Virus record (IMG/VR): IMGVR_UViG_3300042514_001858
Coordinates: 32,001 to 96,000 of that record
Strand: one strand, 5' to 3'
Length of the DNA stretch: 64,000 bases
Origin: a virus
A model generated the notes under the pieces. That model was not told the origin of the DNA, searched no databases, and saw nothing but the letters and a program-made list of their open reading frames with translations. Below, one piece after another: positions 30,918 to 40,249 of the stretch (positions within the stretch are counted from its first letter, which is position 1; each line of letters opens with the position of its first letter). Position numbers and translations under genes: made by a program.

Positions 30918-32009
30918 ATGCCTGACTTTTACATATCAAAAATAAAAATTCGCAGAGGTACAAACGACCAAAGAAAATCGGTTCGTTTGGATCAAGGGGA
31001 ACCTGCTTTCACTACTGATACCAATCGTTTATACATCGGAAACGGTGTATTGAGCGGTGGAGTATCAGTAACGGCAAAAAATCATATACCTCTGACTAAT
31101 TTTTATAGTTTATCTAATACATATTCGGAAGTAGGTGATATAGCGTCAATTGATAATATTTGGTATCAATTGACGGCAAACCCTTATACTGATATCACAA
31201 AATGGGGTAAAATTGCTACTAAAGTATCACAAGAATTTGAGTATGACTCCTTTTCAACAATCAATTTGAAATTGAGTGGTCTATCGGCATCTAAAATAAA
31301 TCCAAATACAGTTGATGGTGGATTATTTATTAACAATAATAAATTACAAGTCAATTATAATCCAACATTTTTCGGACTTTCAGCTAATAAATTATCGATA
31401 AATGCTACATCGATCACTACTAGAGAGTTATTGTCAACATCATTTGGGAATGGTTTGAGCGGTGGGAATGGTAATACAATTGCTCTGAGAATTAATCCGA
31501 CGAATTTTTCTTTTGTCGGCGGTGTTTTGACTGCCAATTATACGTCATTATATAATTCAATTAGTTCCTCTTCTGGTAAATCACAATTTTTTCCACCAGT
31601 AAGCACATACAATTCTCTAACAACTCTAAGTGCTAATGGTAATGATGTATCAACTTTCGATGGTGTTCTATACCAAATGAACGGCTCATCTGCTACCGAA
31701 TTAAGTGCGTGGACGAACATTAGCGATACAAAAGCAGTTCAGAGATCTGTTTTCACGACACTGACAGGTAATTCCACATTAAATGCGACAAATAGCTTAT
31801 CATCTATTTTCAATGGGACACCTGCACACACCATCACAGGTGCTATATCAGGTCTTCGATTAACTAAATTTGAGGCAATATCATCAAATGGTATCAGCAC
31901 GGTAACAATAACACTAACATCTGCTGGTTTTTTAGCTTATGAAGGTGATTCCACCTCAAAAACAGGACAACCAATTGGTAGATTCGCAATTCCAATTTTC
32001 GCATATTAA
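30918..32009 (+). CDS. Tail fibre protein with Mtd-N/hyaluronidase-type N-terminal domain
   Basis: KIKIRRGT...LDQGEPAFTTDTNRLYIGNG. Confidence 0.7.
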   Translation: MPDFYISKIKIRRGTNDQRKSVRLDQGEPAFTTDTNRLYIGNGVLSGGVSVTAKNHIPLTNFYSLSNTYSEVGDIASIDNIWYQLTANPYTDITKWGKIATKVSQEFEYDSFSTINLKLSGLSASKINPNTVDGGLFINNNKLQVNYNPTFFGLSANKLSINATSITTRELLSTSFGNGLSGGNGNTIALRINPTNFSFVGGVLTANYTSLYNSISSSSGKSQFFPPVSTYNSLTTLSANGNDVSTFDGVLYQMNGSSATELSAWTNISDTKAVQRSVFTTLTGNSTLNATNSLSSIFNGTPAHTITGAISGLRLTKFEAISSNGISTVTITLTSAGFLAYEGDSTSKTGQPIGRFAIPIFAY

Positions 32010-32011
32010 TC

Positions 32012-32479
32012 ATGAGTATAGAAATCTTCAATAACACACTATTAAAAATTTTATTCCGTCAAGGAACTGATAATGAACGCCAAAATATAATTTTTAATTC
32101 GGGGGAACCTGCTTTCACTACTGATACCAAACGATTATTTATTGGTGATGGGGTGACGACTGGTGGTATCCTTGCTGGCAATCTATTTAAAGGGACAGTG
32201 ACAAATATCACCAGTGTCGCTCCAGCAGAAATTGGTGATACTGCTTATAATAGTGACACTAAAATACTATATCGACTGAAGAGTGGCACTGGAGCTAATA
32301 TTGGCGATTGGGAGGCTATTGGAGGTAAAGGAATTGATAGTAACACTCAAATATCTGTTTTTGGTAGCACTATAACAAATTTAGTAAGCACTAATAGAAC
32401 AACTTTTTCAACTTTATCAACTACTCGGGATGCGAATACGTTCTACATAGTAACTAATGATAATTATATTTTAATGTAA
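32012..32479 (+). CDS. Short fibre-like protein with Mtd-N-type domain (paralog of the previous gene)
   Basis: ILFRQGT...GEPAFTTDTKRLFIGDG; ends RDANTFYIV. Confidence 0.7.
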   Translation: MSIEIFNNTLLKILFRQGTDNERQNIIFNSGEPAFTTDTKRLFIGDGVTTGGILAGNLFKGTVTNITSVAPAEIGDTAYNSDTKILYRLKSGTGANIGDWEAIGGKGIDSNTQISVFGSTITNLVSTNRTTFSTLSTTRDANTFYIVTNDNYILM

Positions 32480-32539
32480 TTTAAAAAGTAAATTTTATAA
32501 ATTTATCCCCTATTATGGGATATTATATCTACAATTCCT

Positions 32540-33187
32540 ATGCCTACTACATCTCCACCTACTACCTCTACTTCTACCTCTACATCTACTACCTCTGCGC
32601 CTCCACCTACATCTCCACCTTCTACCTCTACTTCTACCTCTACATCTACTACCTCTGCGCCTCCACCTACATCTCCACCTACTACATCTACCTCTACATC
32701 TACCTCTACATCTACCTCTACTTCTACCTCTACTTCTACTACCTCTGCGCCTCCACCTACATCTCCACCTACTACATCTACCTCTACCTCCACATCTACC
32801 TCCACATCTACCTCCACATCTACCTCTACATCTACCTCTACTTCTACCTCCACATCTACCTCTACATCTACTTCTACTACATCTCCACCCACACCTCCAC
32901 CTACTACACCTCCACCTACCACATCTCCACCCACCACTGAAAAATGTTGCGTACCTCCACCAGAAGTCACAGTAAATTTACCACCTATTTTACCACTTTT
33001 CACTACAATTTCAATATTACCATTATCAACTTTAATTACGCCACCAACCACTTTAAACCCTTTAAATATCAATATAACAGCCACAACCACGACAACCACG
33101 ACAACCACGACAACCACGACAACCACTATTCCAACAATTTTAATTCCAAAATGTTTGGATAATAGTTGCAATAAATTGGGATTCTGA
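32540..33187 (+). CDS. Ser/Thr/Pro-rich mucin-like protein
   Basis: (TS)n tracts with synonymous third-position variation (ACA/ACC/ACT-TCT/TCC) in this frame; APPPTSPP blocks; poly-Thr. Confidence 0.55.
   Translation: MPTTSPPTTSTSTSTSTTSAPPPTSPPSTSTSTSTSTTSAPPPTSPPTTSTSTSTSTSTSTSTSTSTTSAPPPTSPPTTSTSTSTSTSTSTSTSTSTSTSTSTSTSTSTSTSTTSPPTPPPTTPPPTTSPPTTEKCCVPPPEVTVNLPPILPLFTTISILPLSTLITPPTTLNPLNINITATTTTTTTTTTTTTTTIPTILIPKCLDNSCNKLGF
32543..33126 (+). repeat. Compound coding microsatellite: 6-bp ACNTCY units, 30-bp block x3 and 9-bp ACGACAACC repeats
   Basis: acctctgcgcctccacctacatctccacct at 32591, 32651 and 32741; acgacaacc tandem at about 33089-33124. Confidence 0.9.
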
Positions 33188-33198
33188 TAATTATCTTG

Positions 33199-34038
33199 AT
33201 GAGAAAATTGACCATTGGAATGGCAACATATGATGATTATGATGGATTATATTTTTCAATACAAGCTATTAGAATGTATCACGCAGAAGTGTTGGATGAT
33301 ATCGAATTTGTCATTATTGACAATAATCCCGATTCAAGCCATGGTAAAGCAGTTAGGGATTTGACCAATTGGATCAAAGAACCCTTTCAATATCTCCCAT
33401 TTACTAAATTTAAATCCACTACTGTTAAAAATAAAGTTTTTGAATTGGCAGACACCCCTTACGTTTTATGTATGGATTCTCATGTATTTTTAGAACAAGG
33501 TTCTTTAAAAAAATTAATAAGTTTCTACGATAATAAACTCGACGATGGTAATCTACTACAAGGACCGATCATTTATGATGATCTGAAAAATTATTCCACA
33601 CATTTCGACTTTACATGGGGAGGACACATGTGGGGAACTTGGCAAACAGATGAAAGAGGATCAGATAAAAACAATGATCCATTTGAAATCCCCTCTCAAG
33701 GTATGGGTCTTTTCTCGTGTAGGAAGGATTCTTGGTTGGGATTCAACAAAGAATTTCGTGGATTCGGAGGAGAAGAGGGGTATATCCATAAAAAATACAA
33801 AAAACATGGTAGAAAAACACTATGCTTACCGTTTTTAAGATGGTTACACCGTTTTAACAGACCAAATGGTATTACCTATCCAAATAAATATGATGAAAGA
33901 TTTCGTAATTACATGATAGGATTTCACGAATTAAATCTTCCGACAAACGAATTGAAAGAACATTTCAAAGACGTATTATCGGAAGATAAACAATCGGAAA
34001 TTGAGAAAGAAGTTATAGGATTACTTCAAAATTCCTAG
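33199..34038 (+). CDS. GT2 family glycosyltransferase
   Basis: LTIGMATYD, EFVIIDNNP, YVLCMDSH (DxH), GFNKEFRGFGGEE. Confidence 0.85.
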   Translation: MRKLTIGMATYDDYDGLYFSIQAIRMYHAEVLDDIEFVIIDNNPDSSHGKAVRDLTNWIKEPFQYLPFTKFKSTTVKNKVFELADTPYVLCMDSHVFLEQGSLKKLISFYDNKLDDGNLLQGPIIYDDLKNYSTHFDFTWGGHMWGTWQTDERGSDKNNDPFEIPSQGMGLFSCRKDSWLGFNKEFRGFGGEEGYIHKKYKKHGRKTLCLPFLRWLHRFNRPNGITYPNKYDERFRNYMIGFHELNLPTNELKEHFKDVLSEDKQSEIEKEVIGLLQNS

Positions 34039-34251
34039 ATCATACTCATATTGAACATCAGAAAGCATTGCATGATATCGCTCATTAATGTATTTTTCAA
34101 ATGCCAATGGCTTAATCATGTTGATGGGATCAATGTTTAATTCTTCAGATTTGTTTTCAATAAAGATAAATGCTTCTGCTAAACATGCCCATCTTGCAAA
34201 TTCAGTCAATGTCATTTCCACTTTCCCTTTTTTAGTTTCTATTTTTATCAT
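34021..34251 (-). CDS. Hypothetical protein
   Basis: 76-aa ORF in a packed minus-strand run. Confidence 0.65.
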   Translation of the reverse strand: MIKIETKKGKVEMTLTEFARWACLAEAFIFIENKSEELNIDPINMIKPLAFEKYINERYHAMLSDVQYEYDLGILK

Positions 34252-34747
34252 TTGTATTTTCTTTAATTAGTTTATCAATGTTAAGTTCTTCGATTGGTTC
34301 AGTAATCAGTATAGTATCCAATTTAAGTGTGACAGAATATTTGTTTTTGCAGTGGTCACATTCAACCACAAATTCTTCCATTGGTTTAAAAATACCATCG
34401 AACATGTTGTTACCACAATTACAGGGGAATTTAACAGATGCTTCGTCCAATAGTTCCTCATAATTTTTAATAACTTCTTCTTGCTCAGTGATTACTGTAT
34501 CAGATTCTTGAAGCATATTCTCCAGATTCGTAACACGCTCATCAACTTTTTTCTTTCCTAAAAGTTCTTCTAATTCTTCCACTCTTTTATCATTGCTCTT
34601 TCTGTTTTGTAGCAAGTAATAACCCCACCCGTAACCTAATCCAGCTAATACAAATGATTTAGAGAATTTCTCCAAATTATCTGATATCCCATAAGCAATG
34701 GCACTTGAAGCCACTACTCCCAATAATATTTGTTTTCCGTATTTCAT
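34232..34747 (-). CDS. Hypothetical membrane protein with coiled coil and CxC...CxxC zinc ribbon
   Basis: Two N-terminal hydrophobic segments; FPCNCG and ECDHCK. Confidence 0.7.
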   Translation of the reverse strand: MKYGKQILLGVVASSAIAYGISDNLEKFSKSFVLAGLGYGWGYYLLQNRKSNDKRVEELEELLGKKKVDERVTNLENMLQESDTVITEQEEVIKNYEELLDEASVKFPCNCGNNMFDGIFKPMEEFVVECDHCKNKYSVTLKLDTILITEPIEELNIDKLIKENTNDKNRN

Positions 34748-35502
34748 ATTTGTTTTGCTTTTAAAATGATATCTGCTGCAATGTCTGGATCAAATTTGAA
34801 AGAGATCTTAGATGACTCCATGATTCCTTCCAACCTGCCAAATTCTTCGTTTACCATTTGTTCAAATCGCTCGCATGTGTAGTATTGTGGGCTAGTTTTT
34901 AAATCCATCAATTTCTCCCAATACTTCTCATCAAATTCCTTGACATTTACCATGTATTTACCAGTGGTGAAGAACTCAATACCGACTTTACACAATCGAA
35001 GAATCTGAACAAAGTTTTTTGGACTGAACCCATAGGTTTCTACCGCTTTTTTCCTTTTACCGCCTAACTGACCGCTTCTTTGCCCAGTAGCCAATCGAAT
35101 TTCGCTGAATACATAACCCTTTAGTGAATTTTTAAGGGTATTAGTGTCGATTAGATCGTAAGCATGGGACACGATCTCATCAAAGATTGGATGTTTGTAT
35201 GTAAATGCTGTGTCGGGAGCGAATAATATCTCCAATACCTGAGTATTACTCTTTCTCAATAATTTTAAGTATCGAGTGATCTCATAATAAGTAGAGTCGA
35301 TGTCATCAGTCTGGACAATCGATTCGATATTATCCAAATTGGCTAAATATCGCTTATTTTTAGCAACAAATAGACCACGATAATCAACATCGGACTCTGG
35401 TGTGTTCAATCCATACAAAGTAGAACCACCGATCAATTGACAGATCAGCTTTCCTTCGCAATTTTTATATGCTTCGTGATTTTCAATACTATTATCTTTC
35501 AT
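34744..35502 (-). CDS. Pol-beta superfamily nucleotidyltransferase (RlaP/Nuc-transf type)
   Basis: GGSTLYGLNTPESDVDYRG (GS...DxD); KSNTQVLEILF; G.R....E.YGF..K. Confidence 0.8.
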   Translation of the reverse strand: MKDNSIENHEAYKNCEGKLICQLIGGSTLYGLNTPESDVDYRGLFVAKNKRYLANLDNIESIVQTDDIDSTYYEITRYLKLLRKSNTQVLEILFAPDTAFTYKHPIFDEIVSHAYDLIDTNTLKNSLKGYVFSEIRLATGQRSGQLGGKRKKAVETYGFSPKNFVQILRLCKVGIEFFTTGKYMVNVKEFDEKYWEKLMDLKTSPQYYTCERFEQMVNEEFGRLEGIMESSKISFKFDPDIAADIILKAKQI

Positions 35503-35527
35503 TTTCTCAATCCTCTATAATTTGATT

Positions 35528-35932
35528 TCATGTCCACATGTATCCTCTATATTTTACAATAGTGTTCATCAATTCTGTATCTTTATTCAAAAACGAATCT
35601 TCCAGTGTAATAAATTCATCAATATTAGTCCCATCCCATTCATCAACCTGTTTTTTCAAAGCAGGACGCTCATTTTTCAGATAAAGATACACATCGTTAA
35701 GTTCTTTTTGTCTGAGTTTGATGGCATCCACAGTATCCTGTCTAACATGTCCCTTTTGCAACTCTTCAGAAAAGTCATAGCAAGTGTCATTAAGCCCGTC
35801 TTCTTTTTCCACATAGTGAATCAAGGAATCAAAAAGAACAATTTCGATGATTGAGTCTTTATCTATCCATTCACCTTTTAGATTGTCAGTTAGCCACTTC
35901 TGTTGGTTTTTATTTTTATTTTTCTTGCTCAT
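35528..35932 (-). CDS. Hypothetical phage protein ending YRGYMWT
   Basis: ORF; start at MSKKNK just after the upstream stop. Confidence 0.65.
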   Translation of the reverse strand: MSKKNKNKNQQKWLTDNLKGEWIDKDSIIEIVLFDSLIHYVEKEDGLNDTCYDFSEELQKGHVRQDTVDAIKLRQKELNDVYLYLKNERPALKKQVDEWDGTNIDEFITLEDSFLNKDTELMNTIVKYRGYMWT

Positions 35933-35933
35933 A

Positions 35934-36125
35934 TTAATTAAAATTCTCCCTACAATTAAACAACATATCAATTTTTTCTAAATTTTCTCGCATTTGTTCT
36001 TCCGACAAAGAAATATGTCTTGCGATGTAAATTCGATTACCAATATCTCGCAAAATCTCTAATTGATCGAGAGGTTTGTATTCTGTAATAAATTTTAAAT
36101 TTTGTTTATCGGGTATTTCAAACAT
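35934..36125 (-). CDS. Hypothetical protein
   Basis: 63-aa ORF with TATAAT 6 nt upstream of ATG. Confidence 0.65.
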   Translation of the reverse strand: MFEIPDKQNLKFITEYKPLDQLEILRDIGNRIYIARHISLSEEQMRENLEKIDMLFNCRENFN

Positions 36126-36146
36126 GCCCCGATTATACTCTAGTTT

Positions 36147-36500
36147 TTAATTATTACCAATAGTATAATTCGACAATATCTTATCACCATTTTTCATCAA
36201 ATACATCATGATCTTCTCCAGATTACCTTTCAGCTTAATTAGATCACCATTTTTTTGATATTTTTCCATTTTAATGATATTTTCCAATTTGGAAGACGCT
36301 TGAAATGCACTGTCTTGGATATTAGCTAAATATTGAGGCAGTCCTTCAAATTCATATGGGAGAGTGTCTGGTGATTGCGCCATTTTCTCATCCGTTTTAT
36401 ATTTTCTCATCTGTTCAGAAGGATTTAGAGGATTTTTGAAATCAAGATCAATAGCACCAGAGGCAATTGCAGTAGAATAAGGAGAATTTGAAGCAGCCAT
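36147..36500 (-). CDS. Hypothetical late protein
   Basis: TAAATA 8 nt upstream; divergent from 36537. Confidence 0.65.
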   Translation of the reverse strand: MAASNSPYSTAIASGAIDLDFKNPLNPSEQMRKYKTDEKMAQSPDTLPYEFEGLPQYLANIQDSAFQASSKLENIIKMEKYQKNGDLIKLKGNLEKIMMYLMKNGDKILSNYTIGNN

Positions 36501-36536
36501 ACATAGATTATTTAATCATTTAAGCTAAATAATAAT

Positions 36537-36947
36537 ATGCGAAACAAATTTCAAGCCAAATTCCTTAAATTACTACAAGAAGCACCTGAACTCGATTTCG
36601 ATCCTGCTGCTGAAGAAGCTGCTGCCGCTGGACAATTAGATGATGGAATTAATCTTGATGAGTATGGTGTGGATACAGAAGCAGATCCAAATGTTATGAA
36701 TAGTATGGATGATGGTGGAGATTCTCAAAATCAGCAAATGATTTCCACTGTTGATACGTGGAAAGCAAATCTAGAAAAAATCGATAGTTATCTGAGAGAT
36801 ACTGTTTTGGCATCCATTTCACAATCACGTAATAACACCATTATTGGAGATTTGACGAGTGAGTTAGGATCAATCGAAAGAATTCTAAATAATATTAGTG
36901 AATTCGCTAATGCGATTGACATGTCTGTTGCTAAAAAACGCGAATAA
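36537..36947 (+). CDS. Hypothetical acidic late protein
   Basis: TAAATA-N5-ATG; isolated plus-strand gene. Confidence 0.7.
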   Translation: MRNKFQAKFLKLLQEAPELDFDPAAEEAAAAGQLDDGINLDEYGVDTEADPNVMNSMDDGGDSQNQQMISTVDTWKANLEKIDSYLRDTVLASISQSRNNTIIGDLTSELGSIERILNNISEFANAIDMSVAKKRE

Positions 36948-36955
36948 ATAATTGA

Positions 36956-37978
36956 TCATTTGATCATTTTCATCTTCACTGTTGCTGCTAACCCTTTATA
37001 GGTGTTCTTCAGAATCAAATCTGTTGGGTATTCATCCATTTCATAAGCCATACATACGGCATTTATGTCTTTGAATCGTTTCCCATCGTATTCAGACCAT
37101 ATAAAGACTTTCTCCCCCATCTCAATGAGCTTTAAAGTCTTTTCTCGTGCAGTCTTGTCAATCCATTGACTATCAAGCACCCAAATTCTCTCAAAGAATT
37201 TTAAACCATCCATTTGTTCTTGTTGACTAAAAGTAAACAATTGTTCACCTTTAGTAATACCTCCAATACCTAATCCGTTTTTTACGAAACAAGCATCTAA
37301 CGGTCCTTCAATGATAAACACCTTATCTAAGTCAGACGATACTCGCTCGATACCGAAGACACTTTTATCTCCACCGTCTTTTGACAAGTAACTTGGAGAT
37401 TCATCATCCAAAATCCTTCTGGATTGGTAATAGATTATCTTACCTGACTCGTCTTTGAATGGTATCACTAGACGATTATTATGCACACGGTCTTTCAACG
37501 ACAAATAGAATGCATCAGGACGGTTTACAGCCTTATTCAATCGTCTCTCCTTGATATAATCCAAGGCTTTTTTGACAATCTTATTATTCTTGTAGTAATC
37601 TGTCTGATTTTTATCAGATAAATTAATACTATCCACTGGTAAAGACGATGTAGTCTTTGGTTTTTCTTCTTTTTCTTCTAAATCCATCACATTTATCATG
37701 CCGAAATTACCCTTTTCAATCTCATCGACTATCTGATTGAATGACATTCCCGAAACTTCCTTGATCCATTTATAGGGTTTAGATGACCATCCACAATTAT
37801 GGCAAAAAATGTTATCATTTTCTGGAATGTAGAAGCATCTCTTCTTATGACCCCAGCTTTTTCCCTCCCTACAAATAGGGCAACAACAATTATACGTGTT
37901 CCCATGAGTATTATGACTTACTTTATACCCGAATTCGTAAAATTTGGATACTACGTAATCACTTGGAACTTCCACCAA
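36956..37978 (-). CDS. gp61: DNA primase
   Basis: Zn finger CPIC...FCHNCG; RLVIPF...YYQSR; TOPRIM IIEGPLDA; KDIN; likely TTG/GTG start at about 37975-37978. Confidence 0.9.
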   Translation of the reverse strand: MVEVPSDYVVSKFYEFGYKVSHNTHGNTYNCCCPICREGKSWGHKKRCFYIPENDNIFCHNCGWSSKPYKWIKEVSGMSFNQIVDEIEKGNFGMINVMDLEEKEEKPKTTSSLPVDSINLSDKNQTDYYKNNKIVKKALDYIKERRLNKAVNRPDAFYLSLKDRVHNNRLVIPFKDESGKIIYYQSRRILDDESPSYLSKDGGDKSVFGIERVSSDLDKVFIIEGPLDACFVKNGLGIGGITKGEQLFTFSQQEQMDGLKFFERIWVLDSQWIDKTAREKTLKLIEMGEKVFIWSEYDGKRFKDINAVCMAYEMDEYPTDLILKNTYKGLAATVKMKMIK

Positions 37979-38246
37979 TCTTCTTTGATTGATGTTGGTA
38001 TTCCGCTTTGATAACTTGGAAGATATTTCTTGGAAGAGTTTCAATGTATTCGATGATACCTTGTTCTTGTGCAAAGTCAAATTTTTCTTTTGGGACTCTT
38101 CGAATTTCCATCGATGGTGTGGAAAGAAAAACGTATTCATCGTTATCTTTTTTAATAAAATTAAAGAATTGACCAACGAAGTCCCCTGCTTGAACAGCAT
38201 AAACATCGCCTTTTTTTATTTTTGGTTTTAAAAAATTAAATATCAT
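37959..38246 (-). CDS. Hypothetical protein
   Basis: 95-aa ORF in a packed operon. Confidence 0.65.
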   Translation of the reverse strand: MIFNFLKPKIKKGDVYAVQAGDFVGQFFNFIKKDNDEYVFLSTPSMEIRRVPKEKFDFAQEQGIIEYIETLPRNIFQVIKAEYQHQSKKIGGSSK

Positions 38247-38547
38247 CTGTTATGCTCATTCTATTAGTCATAAACTCTCCAAATTTTTGGATAAAGAGAT
38301 TCTGCATGGCGTTATCTTCTAATTTATTAGAATGAAATGAGATTTCCACAACATTTCCATCTAAATCATAACCAATGAGTTTACCGCATGTTAAAAATTC
38401 TTGCATTGTAGCCTTTAAAGCACTTTTAATTACGCTTTTACTACCTTTTCTATCTCTTTTGAGTTTTTGTTTTAAAGATTCTCTAAGAATTTCCAATACT
38501 CTTTCATCAACAAATACCTCATCAGGGGGTTCATCTCCCTTTTTCAT
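38236..38547 (-). CDS. Hypothetical protein
   Basis: TAAATA-N5-ATG. Confidence 0.7.
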   Translation of the reverse strand: MKKGDEPPDEVFVDERVLEILRESLKQKLKRDRKGSKSVIKSALKATMQEFLTCGKLIGYDLDGNVVEISFHSNKLEDNAMQNLFIQKFGEFMTNRMSITDDI

Positions 38548-38555
38548 AATATTAT

Positions 38556-38882
38556 TTAGTCTTTTTTATAGACTGAATTTTCTTCGATCTGTCCAATGCC
38601 CTTTTCAATCAAAATGGTGATAATAATCTCCATACTTTGTGTTTTGAGGTTGAAATTTTTAATAAAACGGTTTCCACCGTCATTAATCTCGAATAAAATA
38701 TCACCTTTGAACTCTTTATTTTGATAACAAGTAATCATTACAGATGTATTACTTGGATCTACCATCACAGACCATTTACGAGGATCGTGTTGACCATATT
38801 GATCAAATAATTTAACCACGACGAAACCAGAATCTCTCAATCTTTTAACAAAATAACCCTGTGTGGTAATATTATTCTTCAT
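38556..38882 (-). CDS. Hypothetical protein
   Basis: TAAATA-N5-ATG. Confidence 0.7.
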   Translation of the reverse strand: MKNNITTQGYFVKRLRDSGFVVVKLFDQYGQHDPRKWSVMVDPSNTSVMITCYQNKEFKGDILFEINDGGNRFIKNFNLKTQSMEIIITILIEKGIGQIEENSVYKKD

Positions 38883-38896
38883 AGAAATATTTACTG

Positions 38897-39421
38897 TTAT
38901 TTTGATTTTTGCAAGAGAAATTCTTCTACTGATGAGTAGAAATTGTCATTCTCAAAATTCGTCCCGTAATAAGATGTAATATTAAGATAACGATCAGGTT
39001 TAATACCAATATAAATCATTTTTTGTTCATTCAATCTAGAAGGAAGATTATCGATCAAAACATTATCAGAATGTAATATTTTAGTATTAGTCCCATAATT
39101 TCTACCATCGTATGCTGTCTTAAATGTTGCTTGGTGAATATCCTCTCTGGGGATTATATTTTCAGGAGGAAAGTCAAAACAAGCTGATGTTGATACTTTT
39201 GTCGCGTAATCTCTAGACGCAATTGTCAATATATACACGTTTTCCAATCCAACATAGCTACGTGCCAATTTAATGACATCGAGTGCTGATGGTCGAACTT
39301 TGATGTCGTAAACACCGCTGTATTCTAATGCGATAGTAAAATCACAATCGATTGGATTTCGTGATGATGGTGATCCCGATATTAATGTCTCGTCAAGATC
39401 TATGAAAATTTTATTTAGCAT
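38897..39421 (-). CDS. HAD-superfamily (NIF/FCP1-like) phosphatase
   Basis: IFIDLDETLI motif I, VRP, ILT, VLIDN. Confidence 0.75.
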   Translation of the reverse strand: MLNKIFIDLDETLISGSPSSRNPIDCDFTIALEYSGVYDIKVRPSALDVIKLARSYVGLENVYILTIASRDYATKVSTSACFDFPPENIIPREDIHQATFKTAYDGRNYGTNTKILHSDNVLIDNLPSRLNEQKMIYIGIKPDRYLNITSYYGTNFENDNFYSSVEEFLLQKSK

Positions 39422-39804
39422 GATAATATTTGTTTAATGATTTGTCTTCCTACTTGATTTGCGGTGTGGACATAGATTTTAATATTTTCCCCACCTTTTA
39501 ATAATGATTTAAGGTAATTGGCACAGTGGATACCACATTTGGTATCAAAATTTTCCCATTCGTAAATTTCAGACCGTGTTGTTTCTTTCATGTAATGAAC
39601 CATGTGGTCTTCACATAAGTCACAATCGAAAGAAACTGCTCGTGGCAACCCCTTTTCGTTGAGGATTTTTACAAAGTCTTCATAATTTCTAACAATTTCC
39701 CAACAACCATTGGGAATATCAGAGTATCCACACAACGTTTTTCCTTCCCTATAAAGAAATGCTTCTTTCGGGGTTCTAATATCGTCTAAGAATAAGTTAT
39801 ACAT
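39415..39804 (-). CDS. Cyclic-phosphate-processing receiver-like domain protein
   Basis: LFLDDIRTP...W.IVRNY..F...VSFDCDL...G..CA.YL...VHTAN.VG. Confidence 0.7.
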   Translation of the reverse strand: MYNLFLDDIRTPKEAFLYREGKTLCGYSDIPNGCWEIVRNYEDFVKILNEKGLPRAVSFDCDLCEDHMVHYMKETTRSEIYEWENFDTKCGIHCANYLKSLLKGGENIKIYVHTANQVGRQIIKQILSC

Positions 39805-40051
39805 TAGGAATTTTACAAAGTATTGTTGAAATGTTTAATCTTTTTTGGAAATCAGACCATTTGATTGGTGTATCCATATCGACACCATCATTCTGTCTCC
39901 AACCATCAGGGTCCATCATCTGAACATCTGGCATCGTCTTGAGCCATTCGTTTGCAGATTTCTTAGCGAAGACTTTTTCCCATCCTTCAGAATATGCAGA
40001 ATTCTGAGGAGATGTTTTAATGACTTTTCCTGTAATTTCGTTAATCGCCAT
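39797..40051 (-). CDS. Hypothetical phage protein
   Basis: MAINEITGKVIKT...AYSEGWEKVF; start moved to 40051. Confidence 0.65.
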   Translation of the reverse strand: MAINEITGKVIKTSPQNSAYSEGWEKVFAKKSANEWLKTMPDVQMMDPDGWRQNDGVDMDTPIKWSDFQKRLNISTILCKIPNV

Positions 40052-40247
40052 AAATAATTTCTTTTGTTCTTGTGATAAATTCCGATCTGTCACCAATTTC
40101 ACAATTGAAACAGTAGTCCCATAAATAATCTTCAATATCAGGGTTCACCAAGTTCTTGATATTGTTGTAAATTTCTTTTTGTTGATATTCAAGAGCTTGA
40201 ATATTTGCTCTCGCATCCTCTATTTGTAATTTTGTTTCTTCGTCCAT
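40041..40247 (-). CDS. Hypothetical protein
   Basis: 68-aa ORF between the clamp gene and 40051. Confidence 0.6.
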   Translation of the reverse strand: MDEETKLQIEDARANIQALEYQQKEIYNNIKNLVNPDIEDYLWDYCFNCEIGDRSEFITRTKEIIYGD

Positions 40248-40249
40248 AA

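Noticed and set aside
30918-32479. Diversity-generating retroelement (Mtd-like N-termini)
   Set aside because: No reverse transcriptase and no TR/VR pair differing at adenines seen in the window
32503-33171. Val/Glu-rich minus ORF and Tyr/Leu-rich plus ORF (32515-32940)
   Set aside because: Shadow frames of the microsatellite; the variation is synonymous in the Thr/Ser frame
36956-38206. 416-aa primase starting at 38206
   Set aside because: The extension overlaps the same-strand gene 37959-38246; the primase-like sequence begins near 37975
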